This document shows positions 12,097 through 24,756 of a stretch of DNA of 64,000 bases, piece by piece. The position numbers and the translations under genes were made by a program. A model generated the notes under the pieces. The model made no database searches. It saw only the letters and a program-made list of their open reading frames with translations, and was not told the origin of the DNA. Source of the stretch: Octopus sinensis (Eukaryota); the NCBI RefSeq assembly GCF_006345805.1, contig NC_042998.1:20646001-20710000 (forward strand). Reading direction: 5' to 3'. Within the stretch, counting starts at the first letter, position 1, and every line of letters begins with the position of its first letter.

Positions 12097-12946
12097 TTGG
12101 ATTGTCCGGAAAGTTCGTGCCGATTTTTAAAGGAAAGAAGAAGGTAAATAAATACTTGCCATTACACTTTTAATCAACCAAATATGAAACATTTTCTTGC
12201 ACAATGCGTCTCCATCTTTTCTTTAACTTGAAAATACTCTCTTCCCAGAATTGAGGTGGTTTCATGGCAAAGAATTCATCAAGTTATCTTTTTACGTCAT
12301 CTAAGGAATTGAAATGTTTACCATTAAGACTATTCTGCAGAGACCTGAATAAGTGGAAATCCGAAGGAGCAATATCTTGTGAATATGGAGGGTGGGGTAA
12401 CACATTCCAGCCGGGCTGCTGCAATTTTTGTCTGGTTCCCAAAGAAACGTGCAGTCTTGCATAATCATGTTGAAAAACAACATCCTTCCTGTTGTCTAAT
12501 TCTGAACGTTTCTCTTGAATTGCTGATAGGTTGTGGCTTTCTGCCAATTCTCGGGTTGTGCAATGTGGGTTATTCTCAATTAATGACTTGATTTGGCCAT
12601 CATCTGTAGTGGATGGTCTGCCTGATCGCTCTTTATCAATAAGGCTACAATCTCCAGCTCGGAACCTTGCGAACCACTTCCGTACAGTTCTTTCGGATAA
12701 AGAAACATCACCGTAAACTGCACATATTTCTTTGGTTGCTTGTGAGGCATTTTTCCCTTTGCGGAAAAAGAAAAGCATCAAGTGCCGAAAATGAACTTTC
12801 TTATCTTCCATTTTAAAGGGTTACAGAATTAACACAGGTTATAGGAACATAAACCTTCTTCCACGAAAAGATAGCTTATACTGTGCTCTAAAATATGTCG
12901 AAAGGTAAGCTACTGTAAATCGGCACGAATTTTCCGGACAACCCAA
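12097..12946 (-). mobile_element. Internally deleted mariner (DD34D) transposon, copy 2
   Basis: Same TIRs as copy 1. The 175-aa ORF 12284-12811 joins the HTH region in frame to QHD...34 aa...SD, and lacks WVPHEL and the first catalytic Asp. Confidence 0.93.
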
Positions 12947-12962
12947 TATATATATATATATA

Positions 12963-13094
12963 TCTGTAAAATAATATGTGACAATTATTCAATAGCCAAG
13001 ATAAAACTCTGAGTTTCGGATGCCGAAGTTTTGGCATCCGAAACTCAGAGTTTTATCTTGGCTATTGAATAATTGTCACATAATATTTTACAGA
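12963..13094. repeat. Near-perfect fold-back inverted repeat (~62-bp arms, 8-nt loop)
   Basis: TCTGTAAAATAATATGTGAC...GGATGCC gaagtttt GGCATCC...GTCACATAATATTTTACAGA. Confidence 0.93.
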
Positions 13095-14828
13095 TAAATT
13101 TCCTCTATTTACATAATATTAATGTCTCTTTCTTTCTTTTGTTATCTTACTGTTTTTACCAATATATATATATATGGAAGAACTGACAACGAGAAACTCA
13201 GAGTAGCGATTGAAATAGACTTGCATGAATGAGTGAAGGATGTCGATGACGGCGGCGGCGGCAACAACGATGAAGGGGAACAGTTGGGGAGGATGTGGGA
13301 ACTAACACCATTGATAATGACTTTTGAATGGTGGTGCGCAAATATGGTGACGTGGATACAGCAATCTGATTAGGTTTGAAATCGGAAGAGAACAGGAAAT
13401 TTGAAAAGACACAAGGCAAGATGAGAAAGAAAAGTAAATAACCATAAAACGAATGTAACTAAAGTATAAAACAGAAATCAATACTTTTTCTTTCCATTGA
13501 ACGTCTTCGAATTCTGTCGTAATTTTTCTAAAGACGTCGAAACTTTATTTAAAAATAACAAAGAGCAGACAATGTCGACCTATGTCAAAGGACTGTGATA
13601 CAATCCACTACTCTAACAAGAAGAAGAAGAAGAAGAACAAAGAGGAGGAGGATTTCAATTTTTTTTTTTTTGACACAGGGGCAGCTTGGGTGAGGGGATT
13701 AAGTTGATTACATCGACCCCCCACTCTTCAACTTGTACTTAATTTATCGACCCCCGAAAGGATGAAAGGCAAAGTCGACCTCGGCGGAATTTGAACTCAG
13801 AACGTAACGACGGGCGAGATACCACTAAGCATTCCGTCTAGCGTCCTAACGGTTCTGCCAATCCTTTCTACTAAAGGCACAAGGCCTGAAATTTGGGGAA
13901 AGGGACACTAGTCGATAAAGTCAACCCCAGTGTTTCACTGGTACTTAATTTATCGACTCCGAAAAGTCAAAAGGCAAAGTTGACCTCGGTGACAAATGAA
14001 CTCAGAACATAAAGACGGATGAAATACCACTAAGCATTTTGACTGGCGTGCTAATGATAGTGTTCCTTTATTAACCATTAAGGGTTTCCAAAAAGACTGA
14101 GCTTAAACAGTAAAATAATAGGGCCAAGGTAACAATAAATTAAAGCTAGTGAGACTTCCGTGAGCCGCTCATGAAAACCTCGCAAAGCCACGGTCATACT
14201 GACTACTAGGGGAGGTGTCTTTTCCCTATCCTTCCCCTTCACTCTAAAGGTGCATGCTCAGAACAGGCCCGTTCACTTAGACCATGGTTGCTGGAAAGAC
14301 AAACATCTGTTTGCGGTCGAGTAACGTGAACCTAAAGACCAAATTGTGTATTTGTGGCGAAGCTACTCGGGCCTGTTGAACGGCTTTCGTCCCCCTCCTG
14401 TCTGAGAGCAAACACCATAGCTCTGACAATGCAGCCTTCATGTTTTGCGTTGAAGAATTAGTTGAAAGCCAATCTCGCCGCGAGTACATTGGTAGTAATG
14501 CCTTTCCTTAGCGCTGCTTCTAATTTTCTTAATAAGTCTCCTTCTATTCTGCTTTTTCTACCGCTACAACTTTACTAAATCTTATGGATTTTGTTCTTAT
14601 CATCCTTTTCAAAGTGAACCACTGTTTGTTGGTGACGACTTCAATGCCCTCTTAACTCAATCGCTAATTCCGGTCTCTGTAAGCTTGTCACGCCGGAAGC
14701 AACGCATTCAAATTCCAACGACCGGGTCCCTGTCTACAAAGCTGACCGTATAGCAAATAACTTTAGAATGTGGGCAGCCGATGCTATCCTTATCTACTGT
14801 CATTTGCTCATCGATAAATTGGTATGAA

Positions 14829-15051
14829 TAGGCGGCGAGCTGGCAAAAACGTTAGCACGCCGGGCGAAATGCGTAGCCGTATTTCGTCTGCCGTTACGTT
14901 CTGAGTTCAAATTCCGCCGAAGTCGACTTTGCCTTTCATCCTTTCGGGGTCGATTAAATAAGTACCAGTTGCGCACTGGGGTCGATATAATCGACTTAAT
15001 TCGTTTTTCTGTCCCTTCTGTGTTTAGCCCCTTGTGGGTAGTAAAGAAATA
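14829..15051 (+). mobile_element. Young full-length family A SINE with a 16-bp TSD
   Basis: Flanked by GATAAATTGGTATGAA at 14813-14828 and 15052-15067; A and B boxes intact. Confidence 0.93.
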
Positions 15052-16374
15052 GATAAATTGGTATGAACAAAACTTAGTTCTAATGTTTAGGTTAAGGGGT
15101 GGTTATTGTCTTTTTAGTAGAAATACTGTAAAACGATCGAAATTTTTTGCTATCATAGCTCAGATTTATACAAATCTTTGAAAGGCTTTTTTTATATATA
15201 CATTATGCTGTTAATACAAATTTTGTAAAGAATAGCCTTTATTTTTATATTTCCTAGAGTAGTGAGGGAAAAAAGTACCAGATATATGATGTATGGATTA
15301 AATAAATAGCAGATACAGATATACTTTATGGTGGATCCCACTGTTACAACCATTCCCATTCGCGTAAAAATGTTTATAATATCGGTTTATGGACAGAGGC
15401 TGTAAAACACTGGAGTAGAATGCCATGCCGTGTTCAAGTTTACCACCTCAACTATTCGAAATTCCAGTGAGGTTGATTTTACCTGTTTCAATCTGATATC
15501 AATGTAATATCTACCGGTGATATACTGAAGTTAATCCAGTCGATTTTACCAATTGCTACGAAAGTTAACCTTATACCAAATTGATATATAATACATAAGT
15601 TTTGCTGTACATGCGGAGTGATTGGGTGACTAAGAGTAAATTGTGGAATTAATTCGTAGGAATAATGGTGCCCAAGACGAATTCGACTTTTGAGGCAACA
15701 GAATTTAATTTGTAGAGCCAATGTGTTTAGCCTTGAGGTAAGTGAACTAATTTTTAGATCTAATCCTTTTAACACCATACTTCTGGTACTCCGTCGGTTA
15801 CGACGACAAGGGTTCCAGTCGAACTGATCAACGGAACGGCCTGCTTGTGAAATTAACGTGCAAGTGGCTGAGCACTCCACAGACATGTGTGCCCTTAACG
15901 TAGTTCTCAGGGAGATTCAATGTGATACAAAATGTGAAAAGGCTTGCCCTTTGAAATACAGGTACAACTCATTTTTGCCAGCTAAGTGATCTAGAGCAAC
16001 ATGAAATAAAGTGTCTTGCTCAAGGACACGACGCATCACCAGGAATCGAACTCACGGCATTACAACCGTGAGTCGAACACTTTAACCAGTGATCCACCAT
16101 AGATACAATACATCCAACAGGAAAGATAAGTATGTTCAGACGTGAGATAGTATGACTAAACTTAATACAGTATTTCTTTCCTTCGCGTTACGAGTTCAAC
16201 CTTTTATAGGATCGACGTTGTTTAGTATTCTTCAAGAGTCGGTCATAACCAGTGTTATGTTGTTATCGACCCAACAGACGCCATTTCTCTTTGTGAATAA
16301 GTAAAGCATTATGTGTGCGCGTGCGGAACGGGCGTCCCCAAGCGGTAGACAGAACAGTGTTCTACTTAACATTA

Positions 16375-16718
16375 CTCTTTTACTTCTTTCAGTCATTTGC
16401 CTATGGCCATGCTGGAGCACCGCCTTTAGTCGAGCAAATCGACCCCAGGACTTATTCTTTGTAAGCCTAGAAATTATTCTATTGGTCTCTTTTGCCGAAC
16501 CGCTAAGTTACGAGGATGTAAACACACCAGCATCAGGGGGACAAACACAGACACCCAAACACACACACACACATATATATATATACATATACATATATAC
16601 GACGGACGTCTTTCAGTTTCCTGAGGCTATAGTAGGAGACACTTGCCCAAGGTGACATGCAGTGGGACTGAACCCAGAACCATGTGGTTGGTAAGTAAGC
16701 TACCACTCCTGCGCCTAC
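16375..16718 (-). mobile_element. Family B SINE
   Basis: Same head, CORE-like segment and tail as the 47898-48297 copy, on the reverse strand. Confidence 0.8.
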
Positions 16719-17489
16719 AGAATTTTGTCTGTCGGTGTTCCTTTTAAGTCCTAATACTTCCAATTTAAAAAAAAACTAGCTGCCAGTAATAAACTTGAGT
16801 AAATCGATTCATCTCCTCCCTTCCTTCCTACGAAAATTCACTTTATGCCAACTCCAGACGAATAGTTTTGTGACGATGCAATGTATCCCACATATAGAAA
16901 ATCGTTCAGCAAATCGAATATGCGAACTAGTTTCACTTCTTTACTGTAAATAAACATAAATATATTGGGGGAGGGGAGGCGCGTGGCTTAGTGGTTAGGG
17001 TGTCAGCATCATGATCGCAAGATTGTGGTTTCCATTCCTGGACCGGGCGACGCCTTGAGTTCTTGAGCAAAACACTTCATTTCACGTTGCTCCAGTCCAC
17101 TCAGCTGGCAAAAATGAGTAACGCTGCGATGGAAAGGCGTCCCGTCCAGCTGGGGAACACATACGCCACGGAAACTGGGCCCATGAGCCTAGCTAGGCTT
17201 GAAAAGGGCGCATAATAAAAACTGTAAATAAACATAAATATACTGGTGGGGAGGACATAGAAAGGAGACAAAAAAATACTGAACGCATGTGTGTAGTAGT
17301 ATTTCCGCACAATGTACAGTACTTCAAGAGAGAAATACAAATTCTGAGGCATTCGAAAGAGGTATTGATGGCCCTTTTTTTTCCACTTGAAAGGATTTGC
17401 TTGGACGCTGTGGGTGCTCCAGCATGACCACAGTCAAATGACTGAAACAAGTAAAGGAGTAGCGATGAACTGAATCATCAGCTCCGAAA

Positions 17490-17850
17490 GAATTTTGTGG
17501 CTCTGTGGTAAGTAGCTTGCTTATGAACCACACAGTTCCGGGTTCAGTCCCACTGCGTGGCACCTTGGGCAAATGTCTTCTGCTCTAGCCTCGGGATGAC
17601 CAAAGCCTTGTAAGTGGATTTGGTGGATAGAAACTGAAAGAAGCCCGTACATATATATATGTTTGTGTGTCTGTTTGACAACCGATGTTGGTGTGTTTAC
17701 GTCCCCATAACTTAGCGGTTCGGCAAAAGAGACCGATAGAATAAGTAATAGGCTTACAAAGAATAAGTCCTGGAGTCGATTTGCTCGACTAAAGGTGGTG
17801 CTCTAGCATGGCCACAGTCAAATGACTGAAACAAGTAAAAGAGTAAAAGC
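17490..17850 (+). mobile_element. Family B SINE
   Basis: tRNA-like head, CCTTGGGCAAATGTCTT, and tail GCATGGCCACAGTCAAATGACTGAAACAAGTAAAAGAG. Confidence 0.8.
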
Positions 17851-18529
17851 GTATCCATAGAGAGAGAACAGACATGGCTGCGTGGTTAAAAAGTACGTTT
17901 CCTGATCCTGTGGATTGAGTTCAGTCCCCCCAACATGGCACTTTGGGTAAAGAGTCTTCTACTCTTGATGCCAGCCAACCAAAGACTTCTAAATGTATTT
18001 GGCAAAATTGGAAGTTCGTTGAGTGTGTGTACTTTTGTCACCTCTTGACGTCACACAATAGCTGCAAAAGAGCGTCAGCGTCTTACAAGCTGTCGTTCTT
18101 TTCCAATCTTCCATGAAAACATGTCTGGCCATGAGGAAATATCTTCCTTGTAAACGGAGGTGGATTGGCGACAGCAAGGGCATCTAGCTGTAGAAAACCT
18201 GCCCCAACGAATTCTGTCTGACCCATACAAGCATGGAAAAATGGGCCTTAAAATGATGATGATAATATCAAAGACTTTTGTCTGAATATTACCGGCACCG
18301 GGAATTTTTTTCTCCAGAGGCATCGATAAATTAAGTACCAGTTGCATAATGGGGTTGATCTAATTGACTGGCCCCTGCTCCCCAAAAATTTTGGGCCTTG
18401 TGCCTAGAGTAGAAAAGAATAAGTTTTATGTTAAACAGCAACAGAGTCCCCCTGTGAAACAACAAACTCCAGGCATCCTGACTAAAACAGGAATTAAAAA
18501 AGAAAATCTTCAAAAACCTTTATTTTATA

Positions 18530-18741
18530 CCCTTTGGCATTTAAACCAGCTATATCCAACCCAAATATTCAACCTGTTTTGTTTAAATTGGCCAGAACTT
18601 GCCTCCCAGACTTGCCTTATGATGTCATTCTAAAAATAAGCAATCACATCATCAAAATCTTGAAGCTTTCAGATAATGCATGATTGATTCAAAACAATGA
18701 GAATAAATAACATTTCACAAAGTAATGTGAATGCTAAAGGG
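18530..18741. mobile_element. TTAA-type (piggyBac-like) MITE
   Basis: TIRs CCCTTTGGCATT / AATGCTAAAGGG followed by TTAA on the right; the left flank is degenerate. Confidence 0.6.
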
Positions 18742-19185
18742 TTAAAGTCTAAATAGTGTTTTTTTTGTTTTTTTGATTATTAATTTTTACAGCTTAGAGG
18801 CAAAAAAACAGCATTAGTGATATTTGCACAGCTTCTGAAACTATCTTTAGAAAACCTTTGAGAAGGAACCAAGGCTCAAGAATTACTTCTATAGGAACCA
18901 ACTGAGGCATCAAGATACTAAGTTAATAGGAGCAGCCGTGTCTGAATACCCACAACAGAGTAGATTCTGAATAAAGGCACCCATAGGCCAGGTCAGTGGT
19001 ACCAAATCTGAGGTCTATAGGCCCCTGAGCTCCCCAAAAGTAGTACTGGAGGTTCATGAGCTGCATTCAAAAATTTAAAAGCTGACGTGCAAAATGTATG
19101 ATTACTCAATTACCTTTATGATGCATGAGCAATCTAGAGCCCTTGACAGGTTGTTGTGCAGCCCTCAAAGAGTTTATAGGCTACT

Positions 19186-20372
19186 AATTTCATACGAAGA
19201 CAAATGAAATTTCATACTAAGACAAATAAAATTTCATACTAAGACAAATAAAATTTCATACTCAGACAAATAAAATTTCATACTCAGACAAATAAAATTT
19301 CATACTCAGACAAATAAAATTTCATACTAAGACAAATATAATTTCATACTAAGACAAATATAATTTCATACTAAGACAAATAAAATTTCATACTCAGACA
19401 AATAAAATTTCATACTAAGACAAATAAAATTTCATACTCAGACAAATAAAATTTCATACTCAGACAAATAAAATTTCATACTGACAAATAAACTTTCATA
19501 CTAAGACAAATATAATTTCATACTAAGACAAATATAATTTCATACTCAGACAAATAAAATTTCATACTAAGACAAATAAAATTTCATACTCAGACAAATA
19601 AAATTTCATACTCAGACAAATAAAATTTCATACTGACAAATAAAATCTCATACTCAGACAAATAAACTTTCATACTAAGACAAATATAATTTCATACTAA
19701 GACAAATATAATTTCATACTAAGACAAATAAAATTTCATACTAAGACAAATATAATTTCATACAGAGACAAATATAATTTCATACTAAGACAAATAAAAT
19801 TTCATACTAAGACAAATAAAATTTCATACTCAGACAAATAAAATTTCATACTAAGACAAATAAAATTTCATACTCAAACAAATAAAATTTCATACTAAGA
19901 CAAATAAAATTTCATACTAAGACAAATAAAATTTCATACTGAGACAAATAAAATTTCATACTAGGACAAATAAAATTTCATATTAAGACAAATAAAATTT
20001 CATACTCAGACTAATAAAATTTCATACTAGGACAAATAAAATTTCATACTGAGACAAATAAAATTTCATACTAAGACAAATAAAATTTCATACTAGGACA
20101 AATAAAATTTCATATTAAGACAAATAAAATTTCATACTCAGACAAATAAAATTTCATACTAGGACAAATAAAATTTCATACTGAGACAAATAAAATTTCA
20201 TACTGAGACAAATAAAATTTCATATTGAGACAAATAAAATTTCATACTGAGACAAATAAAATTTCATATTAAGACAAATAAAATTTCATACTAGGACAAA
20301 TAAAATTTCATATTAAGACAAATAAAATTTCATATTAAGACAAATAAAATTTCATACTGAGACAAATAAAAT
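19186..20372. repeat. 22-bp minisatellite, ~54 copies
   Basis: Unit AATTTCATACTAAGACAAATAA with variants (TCAG, TGAG, TAGG). Confidence 0.95.
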
Positions 20373-21211
20373 TAAGAACTGCACAAAATTCAGCCTAAAG
20401 TGGGCAAGTAGTATTTCATGCATATGTGTTTTATCATGCAGCCCTCTCTCACTTGGAAATGGTATGATGTGACCCCCAGTTGAGGAAAAGTTGCCCATCT
20501 CTGACCTATATCTTTCATTTGAGAGGTGGAACTCAGAAATGTATTTATTGAGTCAACAGATTTTTCGCTTGAGATCTGTGAGAAAATAACAATCAAATAA
20601 AGAGACCTTGTCGTGAAACAGTTAGAAACCACTGGGCTTAAGTAGTGATTTTAAACAAGACGAGGAATCTTAGCAACCATCTGGTACTCGTGATACTTAG
20701 GAGATTTATTACCCAAAATAACTAACTCATGAGACAAAAAAAAAAAAAAAAAAAAAATATTTAAAAATTCAAACTGGTAGTGATCAGCAATTCTTCTTTT
20801 CTCTTCTCTTGTGGCATAAGAACTTATCAAAATGCATGAAGTTTCTCATCAAATTAGCAATCGATTCAAAAGAGACGATTACAGGCAACACAGAAGTATT
20901 TATATATAATTGTGTGAAAATATCTTCTTTTTTTATGCATGTGTCAATACAAAGTGCAATATCTTATTTTATTATCATTATTTTTTTTTTTTTGTGGTTG
21001 AAGAAAGTTTCAAGTTGTTACAAGTGCAACTCAGAATATACACCCATTTCAGTTTCATGAAAATTGTATGATGTTATTTTATATTTTAGCTAATATTTCC
21101 TTTTGGCTATAATACCAGCCATGAGGCAAGCTTCAAACTGTGTTATAAAAAGCTATATTCATATTTTTATTGTATATACACAAATGTGTACTTATATAGG
21201 TGTGTATATAA

Positions 21212-21257
<46 letters not shown>

Positions 21258-21779
21258 TACATACACACACACACACACACACACGTGTGCATACACATGC
21301 AATTTTGTTTGTTTTTGTTTTCTTTTCAGAATATGTATATAATGGAATATATCAATGATATATCTATATATACATATGCATTCAGGTATATATAAATAAC
21401 ATAAATAATTTATATATTTATGTCTGTGTATATACATGCACAGACATATGTATATGAACTTATATAAATATATTATTTTTTTTTTCATTTGTATAAACGT
21501 AGCTGTATATATTTTATCTACGAATCCGTGTGTGCCAGTGTATATTTATGTATTTACTTAAAATACTATGGGAATGTATATAACAACACACACACACACA
21601 CATTTGTATATTCATATATACACTCGCATATATGTATATATACACATACACAGAATATATATATATATACATATACACAGAAATATATATATATATATAT
21701 ATATACATATACACAGAAATATATATATATACATATACACAGAAATATATATATATAATATATATATACATATACACAG

Positions 21780-21859
<80 letters not shown>

Positions 21860-22046
21860 ATGTGTGTACAAACACAAATATAATAATGTTTTTGAAAATA
21901 AAATATTTAAATATATGCTTAAAGTTTTCTTTGGTTCTCTTATATTTCTCAATTCTTTTTTAATAGAATCCCATTTAAACTGAAGTTGTCTTTATATAAA
22001 TGTGACACAGAGTATTTATGTAATCAATCGTTCATTGTACTACTAA

Positions 22047-22620
22047 TACAGGTTTTGTCAGACATTTCTGAAAAGACTTTAACAAACCATAAATGGAAAA
22101 ACAACCAAACATGATGCTACGTGGCATGAGCCAAATTTTAACTTTCTCATTTCTCTTTCAGACATCTTGACAGCATCAAAATGGCAAGATTCCAATCTGA
22201 CATAAGAAATGAAAAGAAACGCTATGTTCGTGGCCAAGCTGCCAAACACAGAAAGTCAGAGATTGCCAGCTTTTTAAACATGGTTAGGTCCTTTGTGTGC
22301 AGGGTTGGAAAAAGTTGAAGGCCTTCAGTGGAAATGTATCATCCATAGTCAAAAGACAGAAAGATTCTTAGGTATCAGGAATCGTCAGGATAGCTGAGTT
22401 TGTGAAACGGATCCAGTACCTCATCAATGAGAACCCTGGTGGTCTGACAAGGGCCATTACCAAATGGTTAAAAGGTGGCACCCAGCATGATGAGAAAGCA
22501 GTTCATTTTACAACAGGCACCAAGAGAATCATGCAATTATATTACCTTCCAGCTCTCTTGATATGAACCCACTGGGGCCTTGTCAAACAGAGAGACTGGC
22601 CAGTAACCCCAAGGTTCCAA
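22047..22620 (+). pseudogene. Degenerate Tc1/mariner-superfamily (maT-like) transposase remnant
   Basis: Broken N-terminal HTH-like frame starting ATGAAAAGAAACGCT, and PSSSLDMNPL near 22545, resembling WPPSSPDLNPLD. Confidence 0.45.
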
Positions 22621-22652
22621 CAACTCATTGGGGGCTCTAAGCAGAGAAAACC

Positions 22653-22871
22653 TCCGTGCCCCCTCCCCACCAAAAAAATCCCAGAAAAATAGCACATGCT
22701 TAACTCGACAGGTAAAAATAACAGGCCATTCAACAAAGCCAAGCAATCATATCCACAATCACATAGGGGCCATCATTGAAGTTGAAGGTGGGTTTGTTGA
22801 AGGGCCTGTTACTTTTACCTGTCTAGTTAAGCATGTGCTATTTTCCTAGAATTTGGTGAGGGGGTACGGGG
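22653..22871. repeat. Imperfect inverted repeat (~85-bp arms), MITE-like
   Basis: AAAATAGCACATGCTTAACTCGACAGGTAAAA... mirrored by ...TTTTACCTGTCTAGTTAAGCATGTGCTATTTT, with GC-rich outer extensions. Confidence 0.7.
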
Positions 22872-23325
22872 AGTTTCTTTTTTGATTTTTTTATTTGTTT
22901 TTCTTGTGCATTGTTGTGTACTCTGTTGCTGGGGACACCCAGTGTGTTATTGTCTGCATTTGTCCCCCACCACCATAACCATCACCTGGCAACCTGTGGC
23001 TGGTGTGATTTACATCTGTGTAACTTAATGGATCAACAAGGGAGGTACCAGGCTTAAGGGAGAAAAAATAACAAGCACTGGCATCGATTCATTTGGCTAA
23101 AACTTCTTCAAAGCATTGCCCCAGTATGGCCACGGTCAAATGACTGAAACAAGAAGAAGATATAGGATGAGAATGGGGAAGATAAAAAGGAAAAGCATGG
23201 CTGTGTGGTAAGAAGCTTGCTTCCCATCCACATGGTTGCAGGTTCAGTCCCACTACGTGGCACCTTGGGCAAGTGTCTTCTGCTATAGCCTCAAGCTGAC
23301 TAATGAAACTGAAAGAAGCCCGTAT

Positions 23326-23361
<36 letters not shown>

Positions 23362-23479
23362 GAAAATTAAGAGGAATGACTACTAAAGTGGACACCCTAT
23401 ATGTTAAACTTCAGATTTTTTAAATATGCTAACCCACTGGTTTTAATTGATTAACATCGATTTCTACCCATATTATTTA

Positions 23480-23883
23480 ATATGTGTCCGTTGCCAGCCT
23501 CGCCTGGCCCCCGTGCCGGTGACACGTAAAAGCACCATCTGTTCGTGGCCGTTTGCCAGCTCTGTCTGGCCCCCGTGTCGGTGGCACGTAAAAGCACCAT
23601 CCGTTCGTGTCCGTTGCCAGCATCGCCTGGCCCTGTGCCGGTGACACGTAAAAGCACCATCCATTCGTGGCCGTTTGCCTGCCCTGTCTGGCACCTGTGC
23701 AGGTGGCACGTAAAAGGCACCCACTACACTCACGAAGTGGTTGGTGTTAGGAAGGGCATCCAGCCGTAGAAACACTGCCAGATCTGAATGGGCCTGACGA
23801 AGCCTTCCAGCTTCACAGACCCCCAGTTGAACCGTCCAACCCATGCTAGCATGGAAAGCGGACGCTAAATGATGATGATGATG
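23480..23883 (+). mobile_element. RTE LINE 3'-end fragment with (GAT)n tail
   Basis: Repeated GTGCCGGTG(G/A)CACGTAAAAGCACC modules, then AGGAAGGGCATCCAGC...AAATGATGATG, matching the 3' UTR of the LINE at 55372-58106. Confidence 0.8.
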
Positions 23884-24375
23884 TATGTATGTATGTATGT
23901 ATGTACCTACGTATATATGTATATGTTTGTGTGTTTGTGTTTGTCCTTCACCCCACCATCGCTTCGATGTTGGTGTGTTTATGTCCCCATAACTTAGTGG
24001 TTCAGCACAAGAGACCGATAGAATATGTACTAGGCTTACAAAGAATAAGTCCTGGGGTCGATTTGCTCGACTAAAGGCGGTGCTCCAGCATGGCTGCAGT
24101 TATGTGACAGAAACAAATAAAAGAATAAAAGAATGGGGAAAAAGTTTTGTGTGTGTCTGTGTGTCTTTGAGTGCTTCTGGATTTCTGTGAATCTTTCCAT
24201 GTGGGGTGCAAGACTGAAAACGAAAAAACATATAAAAACTAAAGCAAAAAGAAGTACACAAAAGAATACTTGACACATCTGCAAAAAAAAAGGGGTCTGA
24301 TCAATCATTAATGAAACCTTTTACAAACCAAAGTTTTTTAAGAGAATTTATTCATTAGTGTTTTTTTTTGTTGTT

Positions 24376-24391
24376 TTTATTCATTTTTATT
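24376..24391 (-). other. Candidate PIGS polyadenylation signals
   Basis: Two AATAAA hexamers on the - strand about 220-235 nt after the stop codon; usage is not demonstrable from sequence. Confidence 0.4.
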
Positions 24392-24609
24392 CAGGGGGAG
24401 ATTTTTTTTTTTGGCTTTTTAACCACTTGCCTCCCAACAAACAGCACCTCCAGCACTCAGACCCTTATATCAACCTTGCTATCAGTCGATAGTGGGAGAC
24501 AATCGAGAATTCATAGGAATTCACTTGAATTTGTTCGTTAAGTATGTACATGGGTTGGTGTTAATAATTTAATTGGTTTACATTCGTTAGAAAGGATTTC
24601 AGCACAAAC

Positions 24610-24736
24610 TCACTCGGCTTTCTTTTTCTCACCTAATTTCCCAGACCATTTGCGCTTCATCCATCTAATGGCATGGAATGTGGAAATAATGACTGGTATG
24701 CTAACTGGCAGGAACAGTGGAATGTAAATGGCAAAC
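24610..24736 (-). CDS. PIGS: PIG-S, last coding exon (transmembrane helix and cytosolic tail)
   Basis: TTTTAG acceptor, phase 2. Encodes (K)FAIYIPLFLPVSIPVIISTFHAIRWMKRKWSGKLGEKKKAE-stop, matching the PIG-S motif DQKFAIYIPLFLP. Confidence 0.95.
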
Positions 24737-24756
24737 CTAAAACAGAAAAGGAAGAT

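Noticed and set aside
14610-14660. PLFVGDDFNA, resembling the GDFN motif of LINE endonucleases
   Set aside because: A single short motif in a broken frame; insufficient to call an element.
19186-20372. Regular arrays (also 6255-7008 and 51779-52886) considered as CRISPR-like
   Set aside because: There are no unique spacers and no cas genes, and the context is eukaryotic; these are simple tandem repeats.
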